NCBI GenBank assembly: GCA_001192655.1
Contig: BBVC01000022.1
Span: 11,141-43,140 of the forward strand
Reading direction: 5' to 3'
DNA length: 32,000 nucleotides
From: Caedimonas varicaedens
Lineage (GTDB): Bacteria > Pseudomonadota > Alphaproteobacteria > Caedimonadales > Caedimonadaceae
In this document: in pieces, positions 9,610-16,598 of the stretch
How the letters are laid out: each line of letters opens with the position of its first letter
Position numbering within the stretch: position 1 is the first letter of the stretch
The notes under the pieces: model-generated
Seen by the model: only the letters and a program-made list of their open reading frames with translations
The model's database searches: none
What the model was told of the DNA's origin: nothing
Program-made: the position numbers and the translations under genes

Positions 9610-10377
9610 TTAATCTTTTAGAGAATATAAAATATCCGCTGGGTCACGTACCTTACCATTTTTAAAGATATAATAGTTTGTAAACTTACCATAAAGTCTC
9701 CATGAGCTTGTAACAGTGCACATTAAAGAAGCACCTAACGCGTGCATTTCAAAATCAAAAGAAGTTTGTCCTTGTTTATAGTCCGAATGTATTTTCATAA
9801 ATTTAAAAATCTTAGGATTTTTACTGTAAACTCCATACGTATCTCCCTCTTTATTTTGAATTCCTTCAATTTTTGAGACTGTAAAAGCTTGTTGGCCCAA
9901 TTTATTAGTGGCTTTTACATCTAAACTATTTTCATCGTTTAGGGTTACTCCTAATTTATATTCAATACTTTTTTTCAAAGCCTGATTTGCCAGTATGATT
10001 AATTTAGCGTGCAGAGCTGTCTCATTACAGTCTTTTTTTTCATCTCTCATGTCTCTAACAGGTAATTTTGCAGCCACTAATTCGTCTGCATTTCCATACT
10101 CATCCCAAGAAATGCCTCCGTTATCATGGTTTTGTCTTAACTCTTCACGTTTGCGTTGAACGTCATTCACCAGATTCTGGTCAATTTGAACTCTTTGTCG
10201 CCCCTGTCCCTGAATTTCCCTGACTTTTTCTTGAGGCAACACTTCAGGAATTTTCCCTACTCGAATAAGCTCATTAAAAACAGCCGTACATTCCTCTTCT
10301 AAAATGGACGTAGCAAAGCTAGTGTTTGTTGCAATTAATGCCAAATTGAATAAATATAAAGCAAAAATTCTCTTCAT
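9610..10377 (-). CDS. Hypothetical secreted protein (orphan) with an N-terminal signal peptide.
   Basis: MKRIFALYLFNLALIATNTSFA is a signal-like N-terminus. I recognise no motif in the rest. The gene is very AT-rich (hand count 16/60 GC at 9781-9840). The track ORF extends 6 codons upstream to 10395. Confidence 0.6.
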   Translation of the reverse strand: MKRIFALYLFNLALIATNTSFATSILEEECTAVFNELIRVGKIPEVLPQEKVREIQGQGRQRVQIDQNLVNDVQRKREELRQNHDNGGISWDEYGNADELVAAKLPVRDMRDEKKDCNETALHAKLIILANQALKKSIEYKLGVTLNDENSLDVKATNKLGQQAFTVSKIEGIQNKEGDTYGVYSKNPKIFKFMKIHSDYKQGQTSFDFEMHALGASLMCTVTSSWRLYGKFTNYYIFKNGKVRDPADILYSLKD

Positions 10378-10584
10378 TGTATTTCCTTTCCACATATCAT
10401 AATTTAGTCATTTTCTCTGTTGTCGACCAAAATATCATAACATCATTTTAAGATTGAGCTTTATTGAATGCTTCTGTATCTGTCTGTTATGATGGGTTTT
10501 CTTTATTAATTTTCTTCTAAAAATCTAAAAATGAATAGTTAATATAGAATATTTAAATATCTTATACAATATTTTTTCCTGAAA

Positions 10585-11491
10585 TATAGCTAACAACATA
10601 TAAAACGGTCATATTTTATTATCCTGAAATAATTGCTCGATAGAACACCTTTTTTTGCGTCTAATTGCTTTTGCTTGTGCCCATTTATGCTCGATGGGAT
10701 TAAAGTCTGGAGAATAAGGAGGCAGATACAGCACGATATGCCCTGCCTCAGCAATTGCTTTTTGCATCGCTTTTCCCTTATGAAAGGTGGCATTATCCAA
10801 AATAAGGACGCTTTTAGGAGGCAGTTTCGGAAGTAAATCGTCAATGATCCATTGTGTAAACACCTCGGTATTAATCGAGAAGCAGAACAAGCTCACGGTC
10901 AATAGCAGACCTTGGAATAAGGCGCCGATGACATTCGTTCGTCCCTTTGCTCCCCAATCATGAATCCCCTCACATCTCTTTCCTTTTGGAGAATAACCAT
11001 GAGTGCGTGGCATATGGTGTGCAAATCCAGATTCATCAAGAGAAATGATAGGATGCCCTGCTTCTTCATAAGCTTTCAGCTCTTGACAAAAAGTAGCACG
11101 CTTTTCTGGATCGGCCTTGGGATGTTTGAGCGTTTTTTTATAGGTCACATTCAAGCGTTTTAAAGCGTGCCATATCCCCATAGAGCTCACACCAAGACGT
11201 TCTGCTCTCTCGTACTGATAAGCATCAGGATAAAGCTGTATATCTTCTTTAAGGGCATCCATATTAAGCTTAGTGGCTGGTTTATGACGATGTGTCTGAG
11301 GCTCAGGCTTCTTGACCCATCTGACAAGACTGGTCACTCCAACACCAAAGAGATCCGCCGTTTCAGCAAAACTCAAATTTTTCTTCTTTTTTACAGATAA
11401 AACACGAAGTCTAAAATCTAATGAATAGGTCATGGAATAATCCTCTTAAAAATTATCCATAATATAACCATTTTAAAGGTTTTTAGCTATA
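10585..11491 (-). mobile_element. Compact IS630-family insertion sequence (about 0.9 kb) with 31-bp imperfect terminal inverted repeats and TA at both ends.
   Basis: The left end 10585-10615 (TATAGCTAACAACATATAAAACGGTCATATT) matches the reverse complement of the right end 11461-11491 (TATAGCTAAAAACCTTTAAAATGGTTATATT) at 26 of 31 positions. The outermost TA dinucleotides are consistent with IS630 TA target duplication. The repeats enclose a single transposase ORF. Confidence 0.8.
10609..11433 (-). CDS. IS630-family (Tc1/mariner-like) DDE transposase.
   Basis: The 274-aa product has an N-terminal HTH (LSFAETADLFGVGVTSLVRW). Its catalytic blocks are ISLDESGF, VLILDNATFHK and YLPPYSPDFNPIEHKW, the characteristic D..D..E spacing region. 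Confidence 0.88.
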   Translation of the reverse strand: MTYSLDFRLRVLSVKKKKNLSFAETADLFGVGVTSLVRWVKKPEPQTHRHKPATKLNMDALKEDIQLYPDAYQYERAERLGVSSMGIWHALKRLNVTYKKTLKHPKADPEKRATFCQELKAYEEAGHPIISLDESGFAHHMPRTHGYSPKGKRCEGIHDWGAKGRTNVIGALFQGLLLTVSLFCFSINTEVFTQWIIDDLLPKLPPKSVLILDNATFHKGKAMQKAIAEAGHIVLYLPPYSPDFNPIEHKWAQAKAIRRKKRCSIEQLFQDNKI

Positions 11492-11550
11492 CGAAAAATT
11501 AACGTGAGATCGTGTTTAATTTTTTATGATTATTTTACGGGTGTACTTCC

Positions 11551-12144
11551 ATGAGCGAGCTTCCTGACTATGTGGTTATCAACAAGCCTGAATGTTGGAA
11601 CCGAAATGTTCTGACAGCACCGGCGCAACCTGTCCTTTTTCCTCTTTCTGAGGCAGACCAGCATATTATTGAAGTCTTGATCACAAAATTCAGAAATGAA
11701 AAAAATTGTGCTGGACTTGCAGCGCCCCAGCTTGGCTTTAATAAGCGTATCATTGTTTTTGAAGTGCAGGATGATCCCCATCTTAAAAAATGGCGCCCTG
11801 ATCTGACGGATACAATGCCGATGGCCTTATGGATTAATCCTGGTTATAGAGGCATAGGGGACGAGAGAATTTCTGATTTTGAAGGGTGTTTTTCTGTAAA
11901 TGATCTGGGGGGGACTGTTTCTCGCTTTAAGAAAATTTCCTGGCAGGCTTATGACAGGGAAGGTCATATGATCCAGGGAACCGCTGAAGGATTTCTTGCT
12001 CGTGTGATCCAGCACGAAGTGGATCATATCAATGGCACCTTGTTTATTGATCTGGTGCCGGAAGGCAAGCTTCTTCCCATAGAAATCTATAGAAAAAAAC
12101 GAGCAGAAGCTATAAAAAACGGACGGGAAATTCCACAAGATTAA
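11551..12144 (+). CDS. def: Peptide deformylase.
   Basis: All three deformylase motifs are present: GLAAPQLG, EGCFSV and QHEVDHINGTLFID. The product is 197 aa. Confidence 0.9.
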   Translation: MSELPDYVVINKPECWNRNVLTAPAQPVLFPLSEADQHIIEVLITKFRNEKNCAGLAAPQLGFNKRIIVFEVQDDPHLKKWRPDLTDTMPMALWINPGYRGIGDERISDFEGCFSVNDLGGTVSRFKKISWQAYDREGHMIQGTAEGFLARVIQHEVDHINGTLFIDLVPEGKLLPIEIYRKKRAEAIKNGREIPQD

Positions 12145-12169
12145 AAGAAACCAAGCTTCTTTTAAGAAG

Positions 12170-12580
12170 TTATTGATGGGATGATACGTCGTCCTGTCCT
12201 GCAATTTTTATATTCGCACCCCACATTTTTTCGAGGTTATAGAGTGCGCGCGTCTCGGGTTTAAAAAGATGGATGATGATATCGCCCGCATCAAGCAGAA
12301 TCCAGTCCGAGCTGGGAAGCCCTTCAATAGAAATAAATTTGATCGCTTTTTGTTTAAGATAATCACGCAGTAATTCGGCAATAACACTGATATGTTTTTG
12401 TGAACGCCCGCTTGCAATGATCATTGTATCGGCGATTGTTGACTTTCCCTTGAGATCAATGATGGTCACTTCAAAAATTTTATGATCTTCAAGAAATGAC
12501 TGGATTTGAGAAGGAAACAGCATTTCAGATGCAGAGGTAGCGTGCAAGGGAGAAGAGATCACTTTCTTTTTTTTATGCAT
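12170..12580 (-). CDS. rsfS: Ribosome silencing factor RsfS (iojap family).
   Basis: ..IIDLKGKSTIADTMIIASGRSQKHISVIAELL.. and ..DWILLDAGDIIIHLFKPETRALYNLEKMW are RsfS signatures. The N-terminus may start further downstream than the first ATG. Confidence 0.85.
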   Translation of the reverse strand: MHKKKKVISSPLHATSASEMLFPSQIQSFLEDHKIFEVTIIDLKGKSTIADTMIIASGRSQKHISVIAELLRDYLKQKAIKFISIEGLPSSDWILLDAGDIIIHLFKPETRALYNLEKMWGANIKIAGQDDVSSHQ

Positions 12581-12647
12581 CAGAAGTCCAGAAATATTTT
12601 GCTTAAAAAAACTTCCTTAATGTAATCGTAATCCTCAAGAGCCACAA

Positions 12648-12793
12648 TAGACTTCTTTGGAAACCTTCGCCTTTGACTCCAGGGCGTTGTCAAAAATTTG
12701 TTCGTGATCCTCATGTACTCTCATGTACACTGCGGTCACTCACAAATTTTTTCCTAGCCCTGAACCAAAATGCTCGGTTTCGAAAGAAGTCTA
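12648..12793. repeat. 146-bp imperfect palindromic (MITE/RPE-like) element.
   Basis: The termini TAGACTTCTTTGGAAACC (12648-12665) and GGTTTCGAAAGAAGTCTA (12776-12793) are reverse complements at 17 of 18 positions. Inner arms are also partly complementary (..CAGGGC..AAAAATTTGT.. / ..ACAAATTTTTT..GCCCTG..). The centre holds a tandem TCATGTAC TC TCATGTAC. No ORF is present. Confidence 0.6.
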
Positions 12794-12817
12794 ATGAAAA
12801 AAGATAAGGTTAAATTT

Positions 12818-13465
12818 TCAGAACTTTGTGAAAAGCTCCTGGCTCTTTTGGTTGAAAATCCGTGGACCTTCCATCATTTTTCCCCGTTGATAAAAATGCC
12901 AGGCACACACCTTGCCATTTTCATAGTACTGGGTGACGTTTCCTTCTAAAAGATTATCCAGATAGGGTTCCGTTTTCAGAATGGCGCCGCTGGGATAATA
13001 GGATTTTGCAATGCCTTGTTTCTTTCCTGCTTGATGAGGGATGACTTTAGCAATATGCCCAAGAGCACTAAACAAAACCATGTCGCCCTCCAGAATGCCA
13101 TGAGCAAAAGGAGCTTCCATTCTTTTGCTGCCTCCGGCATCATAGTAGGTGGCAATACCATTTAATTTACCATCTATAAACGGTACAGTGGCATACAAAT
13201 TTCCATCTCGATAGAACTCGCTGATACCGGTCAGTTTTCCTTCCCGAAATTCAAGCTTGCGGGAAACAGAACCATCCTTATTATAGACAAGTGTGGCGCC
13301 ATGTCGTTTATTTTCAAAAAAAGTAACCCGTTGTTTGATCGCATTCGTTTTGGGATCATAGTATTCGACCACGCCTGTGACTTTACCGTCTTTAAGAGCG
13401 CGCAGTTCAATTAGACTACCTTTACTATTTCTGATTTCCTGATAGGTTGTTTCTGATTCTGCCAT
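12818..13465 (-). CDS. MORN-variant (YwqK-like) repeat protein, co-transcribed with vgrG.
   Basis: The 215-aa product is made of repeated G-x-x-x-x-YY/FY-x-x-G units (GVVEYYDPKT, GISEFYRDGNL, GIATYYDAGG, GIAKSYYPSGA, GNVTQYYENGK), typical of MORN_2/YwqK-family repeats. Its start is 7 nt after the vgrG stop. Confidence 0.7.
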   Translation of the reverse strand: MAESETTYQEIRNSKGSLIELRALKDGKVTGVVEYYDPKTNAIKQRVTFFENKRHGATLVYNKDGSVSRKLEFREGKLTGISEFYRDGNLYATVPFIDGKLNGIATYYDAGGSKRMEAPFAHGILEGDMVLFSALGHIAKVIPHQAGKKQGIAKSYYPSGAILKTEPYLDNLLEGNVTQYYENGKVCAWHFYQRGKMMEGPRIFNQKSQELFTKF

Positions 13466-13472
13466 TTTTTAC

Positions 13473-16127
13473 CTATGCGATGAAGACTGTTGCGGCCGTG
13501 ATTGTCATGTTTGCTCCTGCCGTTATGCTCGCTTCTGCGCCTGCCTCGACATTATAGGCCATCTCTGCTGTTTGGGTGATAGAGAGCGCATTCATTTCCA
13601 TTTCAAGAGAAGCGCTCAGCGTCATTTCTGCCCCAGCTTCTTGTGTGATGGTTGTACCAGCTTCCTGGGTCAGCGACATACCCGCGGACATGTTGATACT
13701 TTCTCCCGCAGAGATACGAATACTTTGGGGAGTAGAAATATCGATGCTCCCCACTGATTCAATTTTTGTTGTACCGGTAACAATGATGGAAAGGTTACCG
13801 TCTACTTTAAGGGAATAATTTTGAACCACATGATGGTCATAGTTTCCATTGACGAAATGATCTTCGTTCCCGCTATCCACTTTTATACTGCGGTTCCCTA
13901 CTGAAATTTGAGTTTCCTGATTGCCCTGATCTATTTTGAGCGTCTGATTCCCCTGAAGAATATGCAGTGTTTCATTTCCCTGATTAATTTTTGAGTCTGA
14001 ATTTCCTTCTTTAATGCGAAAGATATAATTTCCTTGTTGAATCAGGCACTTAATCGTTCCTGTAGTGACTGAGATGCCTGCCATACCTGTTTCAACGTAG
14101 GACATGATATCTCCTGATGTTACCCCAAAAAGCATATTCCCCGTTACAATTTCTTGAGAAAGATTTCCTGAAGTAATGCCGACAGTGTAATTGCCGGTTT
14201 CGATATAGGAAAGGCTATTTCCCTGGTTAATCACCGTATGCTGTTCTCCTTGCAAGATATGCGTTTCGTGCTTTCCCTGTTCAATTTTAATAAATTCGTT
14301 CAGCTCTCCACCAATCGTATATTTCGTGCCTTTTTCAATTTGCAAGAAATGATGTCCATCGGGAATGATCATATTATAACTGGCGCCTTGCCCCAGGAGC
14401 TTGGCTGTTTTGCTGCCTGACAGCATGGTAAGGTTGTCGTCTCCTATTCCTGCAGGAAGTGCTTGACCCTCTGGAGTTGTTTTTGGAACACCATTAGTCC
14501 CGCCAATCGTCATCTCACGGCTTCCCTGATCGATCCAAAACCAGTAACTTCCCTTTTCTATCCAGTCTGTAACATTTTCCTTAACGCGAAAATCCCGATC
14601 TTTTTGGGAAAACAAATAAATTTGCTCGGAGCCTTTCAGATCTTCGAAACGAAACTCATTAAATCCTTCTCCGCCTTTCGTGGATCTTGATTTAATGGTA
14701 CTTTTTGTGGGTTGTTCCGGAAGATAGGGCGGCATATTGTCAGAGTTGTACACAGAGCCAATGACCAAGGGTCTGTCAGGATTACCCTCAATAAAGGTTA
14801 CGACGACTTCCATCCCTATGCGAGGCGTGAACAGGATTCCCCAGTTATTGCCTGCCCATCCTTCCGCGACTCTGACCCAGCACGAACTTTCCTGATCCGC
14901 AGGGGAAAGGCGATCCCAGTGAAAAATAACCTTGATGCGTCCATATTTATCCGTCCATATTTCCTCATTTTCAGGGCCTGTCACCCTTGCGGTCTGGGTT
15001 GAGTAAATTCGAGGCTTGCGTGTACGAGAGGGTGGGCGAAAGGGGGTTGTAGAAGGAAATGCCTGAAACGCATTTTGGTAAACATTCCCCTGAGGTTGTA
15101 GTCGGCCATCCATATGACAAGCATGTTCGACCGTATGAAGTACATATTCGCGATTGGCATCAGCGCGGGGATGTCCTTTGAGTGTAAAACGGTGACCAGG
15201 CAGAAAAAAGGGAATCGTTGAGGTTCCTTCAATCGCTTTATGTGGCGCTTCACTTTTTTCCAGCTGAAGCTTGGCAAAAGTTTCCAGTTGGCTTTTTTCG
15301 GGCTTATCTTCCTGATCATAGTGGCCGGGGTAGGCGTAAATTTCTCCACCCTCTCCTTGTCCAAAAGATTTTGAGAGAGGATTTGTGCTGGCAAGCGTGA
15401 AGTTATAATCATTGAGTGTATGAGATTTGGAGACAACCTGCTGTTTTAAATGGCAGGCCGTAATATGTCCTAAAAAGTCAGCAGAGGGTTGGGCAATTTC
15501 AAATGCTGCTTCTTCATAAACTTCACAGGCGCTATAGGCAGAAGAATCTTCTCCGAAAACAAGGATGTGTTTGTTATTTTGATGCTCAAAGAAATAAAAA
15601 ATGCCTTCTTCTTCGAGAAGACGGCTGACAAAATCAAAAGCAGTCTCATTATATTGAACGCAATATTCCCGTGCTTTATTCCCGCATGTACGCGTTACAT
15701 CCTTGAAGTCGCGAACTGCGTTCTCATTCAAAATAATCTTTATAATTTCCATAGGGGTTTTATTTTGAAAAATGCGACAGTCCTGTACAAATTTCAACAT
15801 CCAGAACAAGGGATAAATTTTTGCTTCATAGTAGGTTGCGTTGTCATCATTGTGCTTTGCGGTAATCAGCTGTTTGAATTGTCCAACGACGCCATTGAAA
15901 TAACGTGTGTGACCATGGCAATCAATAGAAATAGTTACGAGTTTTCCCATCAAATCATCAAAGGAAATCTGAGGGTTGTTTGAAACAAGTCTAGCCGTAT
16001 ATTCAAAGGGTTGTGAGAGAATTTCCTGTCCCTGAAAGGATTCCATAATGACCGCATTTTCTCCCAATGGGGTGTTAATCCTAAGAGAAACTGATTTCTG
16101 ACTTTCGACAAGGGTTGTCGTCGCCAT
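13473..16127 (-). CDS. vgrG: Type VI secretion spike protein VgrG (TssI) with an extended C-terminal beta-helix repeat region.
   Basis: The 884-aa product has a gp27-like N-terminal part. It carries the VgrG hallmark block WVRVAEGWAGNNWGILFTPRIGMEVVVTFIEGNPDRPLVIGSVYNSDNMPPY, then FRFEDLKGSEQIYLFSQKD. This is followed by about 330 aa of short QGN/TGN-type repeats. Confidence 0.93.
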   Translation of the reverse strand: MATTTLVESQKSVSLRINTPLGENAVIMESFQGQEILSQPFEYTARLVSNNPQISFDDLMGKLVTISIDCHGHTRYFNGVVGQFKQLITAKHNDDNATYYEAKIYPLFWMLKFVQDCRIFQNKTPMEIIKIILNENAVRDFKDVTRTCGNKAREYCVQYNETAFDFVSRLLEEEGIFYFFEHQNNKHILVFGEDSSAYSACEVYEEAAFEIAQPSADFLGHITACHLKQQVVSKSHTLNDYNFTLASTNPLSKSFGQGEGGEIYAYPGHYDQEDKPEKSQLETFAKLQLEKSEAPHKAIEGTSTIPFFLPGHRFTLKGHPRADANREYVLHTVEHACHMDGRLQPQGNVYQNAFQAFPSTTPFRPPSRTRKPRIYSTQTARVTGPENEEIWTDKYGRIKVIFHWDRLSPADQESSCWVRVAEGWAGNNWGILFTPRIGMEVVVTFIEGNPDRPLVIGSVYNSDNMPPYLPEQPTKSTIKSRSTKGGEGFNEFRFEDLKGSEQIYLFSQKDRDFRVKENVTDWIEKGSYWFWIDQGSREMTIGGTNGVPKTTPEGQALPAGIGDDNLTMLSGSKTAKLLGQGASYNMIIPDGHHFLQIEKGTKYTIGGELNEFIKIEQGKHETHILQGEQHTVINQGNSLSYIETGNYTVGITSGNLSQEIVTGNMLFGVTSGDIMSYVETGMAGISVTTGTIKCLIQQGNYIFRIKEGNSDSKINQGNETLHILQGNQTLKIDQGNQETQISVGNRSIKVDSGNEDHFVNGNYDHHVVQNYSLKVDGNLSIIVTGTTKIESVGSIDISTPQSIRISAGESINMSAGMSLTQEAGTTITQEAGAEMTLSASLEMEMNALSITQTAEMAYNVEAGAEASITAGANMTITAATVFIA

Positions 16128-16322
16128 TTATGCCTGCCTGTTTAAAGCTGTTTTTATTCCTTGTTAGGGATCGTAAATCACTTTTGTCCTGATCGCAAGG
16201 GAAGAGGCCTGATGTTTATTGGGTTGGGCGAAAAACTTTCGTACTGATATTTTTTACGGTATATGCCTGCGTTGAATTCTTCTAATTTCATCATTAAGCC
16301 TGAAATAACAAAAGCCATATTT

Positions 16323-16410
16323 CAATTTATGGAGCTAACTTGGATTAAAGTCAAAACTTAATCCAATTTATGGGGCTAACTTGGATTAAAGAATTTTATA
16401 TTCCAAGTTA
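16323..16410. promoter_or_regulatory. Pair of 28-bp direct repeats with embedded inverted repeats, in the divergent vgrG/MFS intergenic region.
   Basis: CAATTTATGGAGCTAACTTGGATTAAAG (16323-16350) and CAATTTATGGGGCTAACTTGGATTAAAG (16364-16391) match at 27 of 28 positions. TTGGATTAA/TTAATCCAA form a 9-bp hairpin between them. CCAAGTTA at 16403-16410 is the inverse of TAACTTGG. Confidence 0.5.
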
Positions 16411-16517
16411 TTGAAGAAGTATTCTTCTTGTAATTTGACGTCCCTATTTTTAAAAAAAGCAGCTTGGATTTTCATTCTGAAAGAGATATTCTGATAGCTC
16501 TTTAAGGGGAGGGGAAA

Positions 16518-16580
16518 ATGATTCTAATTTGGAAAACATCCTAGCGTCCAGGGTTTGGTCACGCGTTATTTTTGTTTTTT
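16518..16580 (+). promoter_or_regulatory. Candidate leader peptide (MILIWKTS) plus hairpin and U-tract attenuator upstream of the MFS pump.
   Basis: A strong SD-like AAGGGGAGGGG (16504-16514) precedes an ATG 16518..TAG 16544 mini-ORF. A stem follows at 16544-16564 (GCGTCCA..TGGTCACGC, 7 bp with a bulge). Then comes GTTATTTTTGTTTTTT (16565-16580), immediately before the pump SD AGGAG (16587-16591). Confidence 0.3.
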
Positions 16581-16598
16581 AATTTTAGGAGTATCCTT

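Noticed and set aside
10609-11433. A programmed frameshift or truncation in the short (274-aa) IS630 transposase.
   Set aside because: A single uninterrupted ORF contains the HTH and all DDE blocks and fits between the inverted repeats. There is no second frame with transposase-like sequence.
11551-12144. The stand-alone deformylase next to the IS element as something unusual (EGCFSV variant, N-terminal extension, no fmt partner).
   Set aside because: All three catalytic motifs are intact and extra def paralogues are common. Nothing in the sequence itself points to a novel function.
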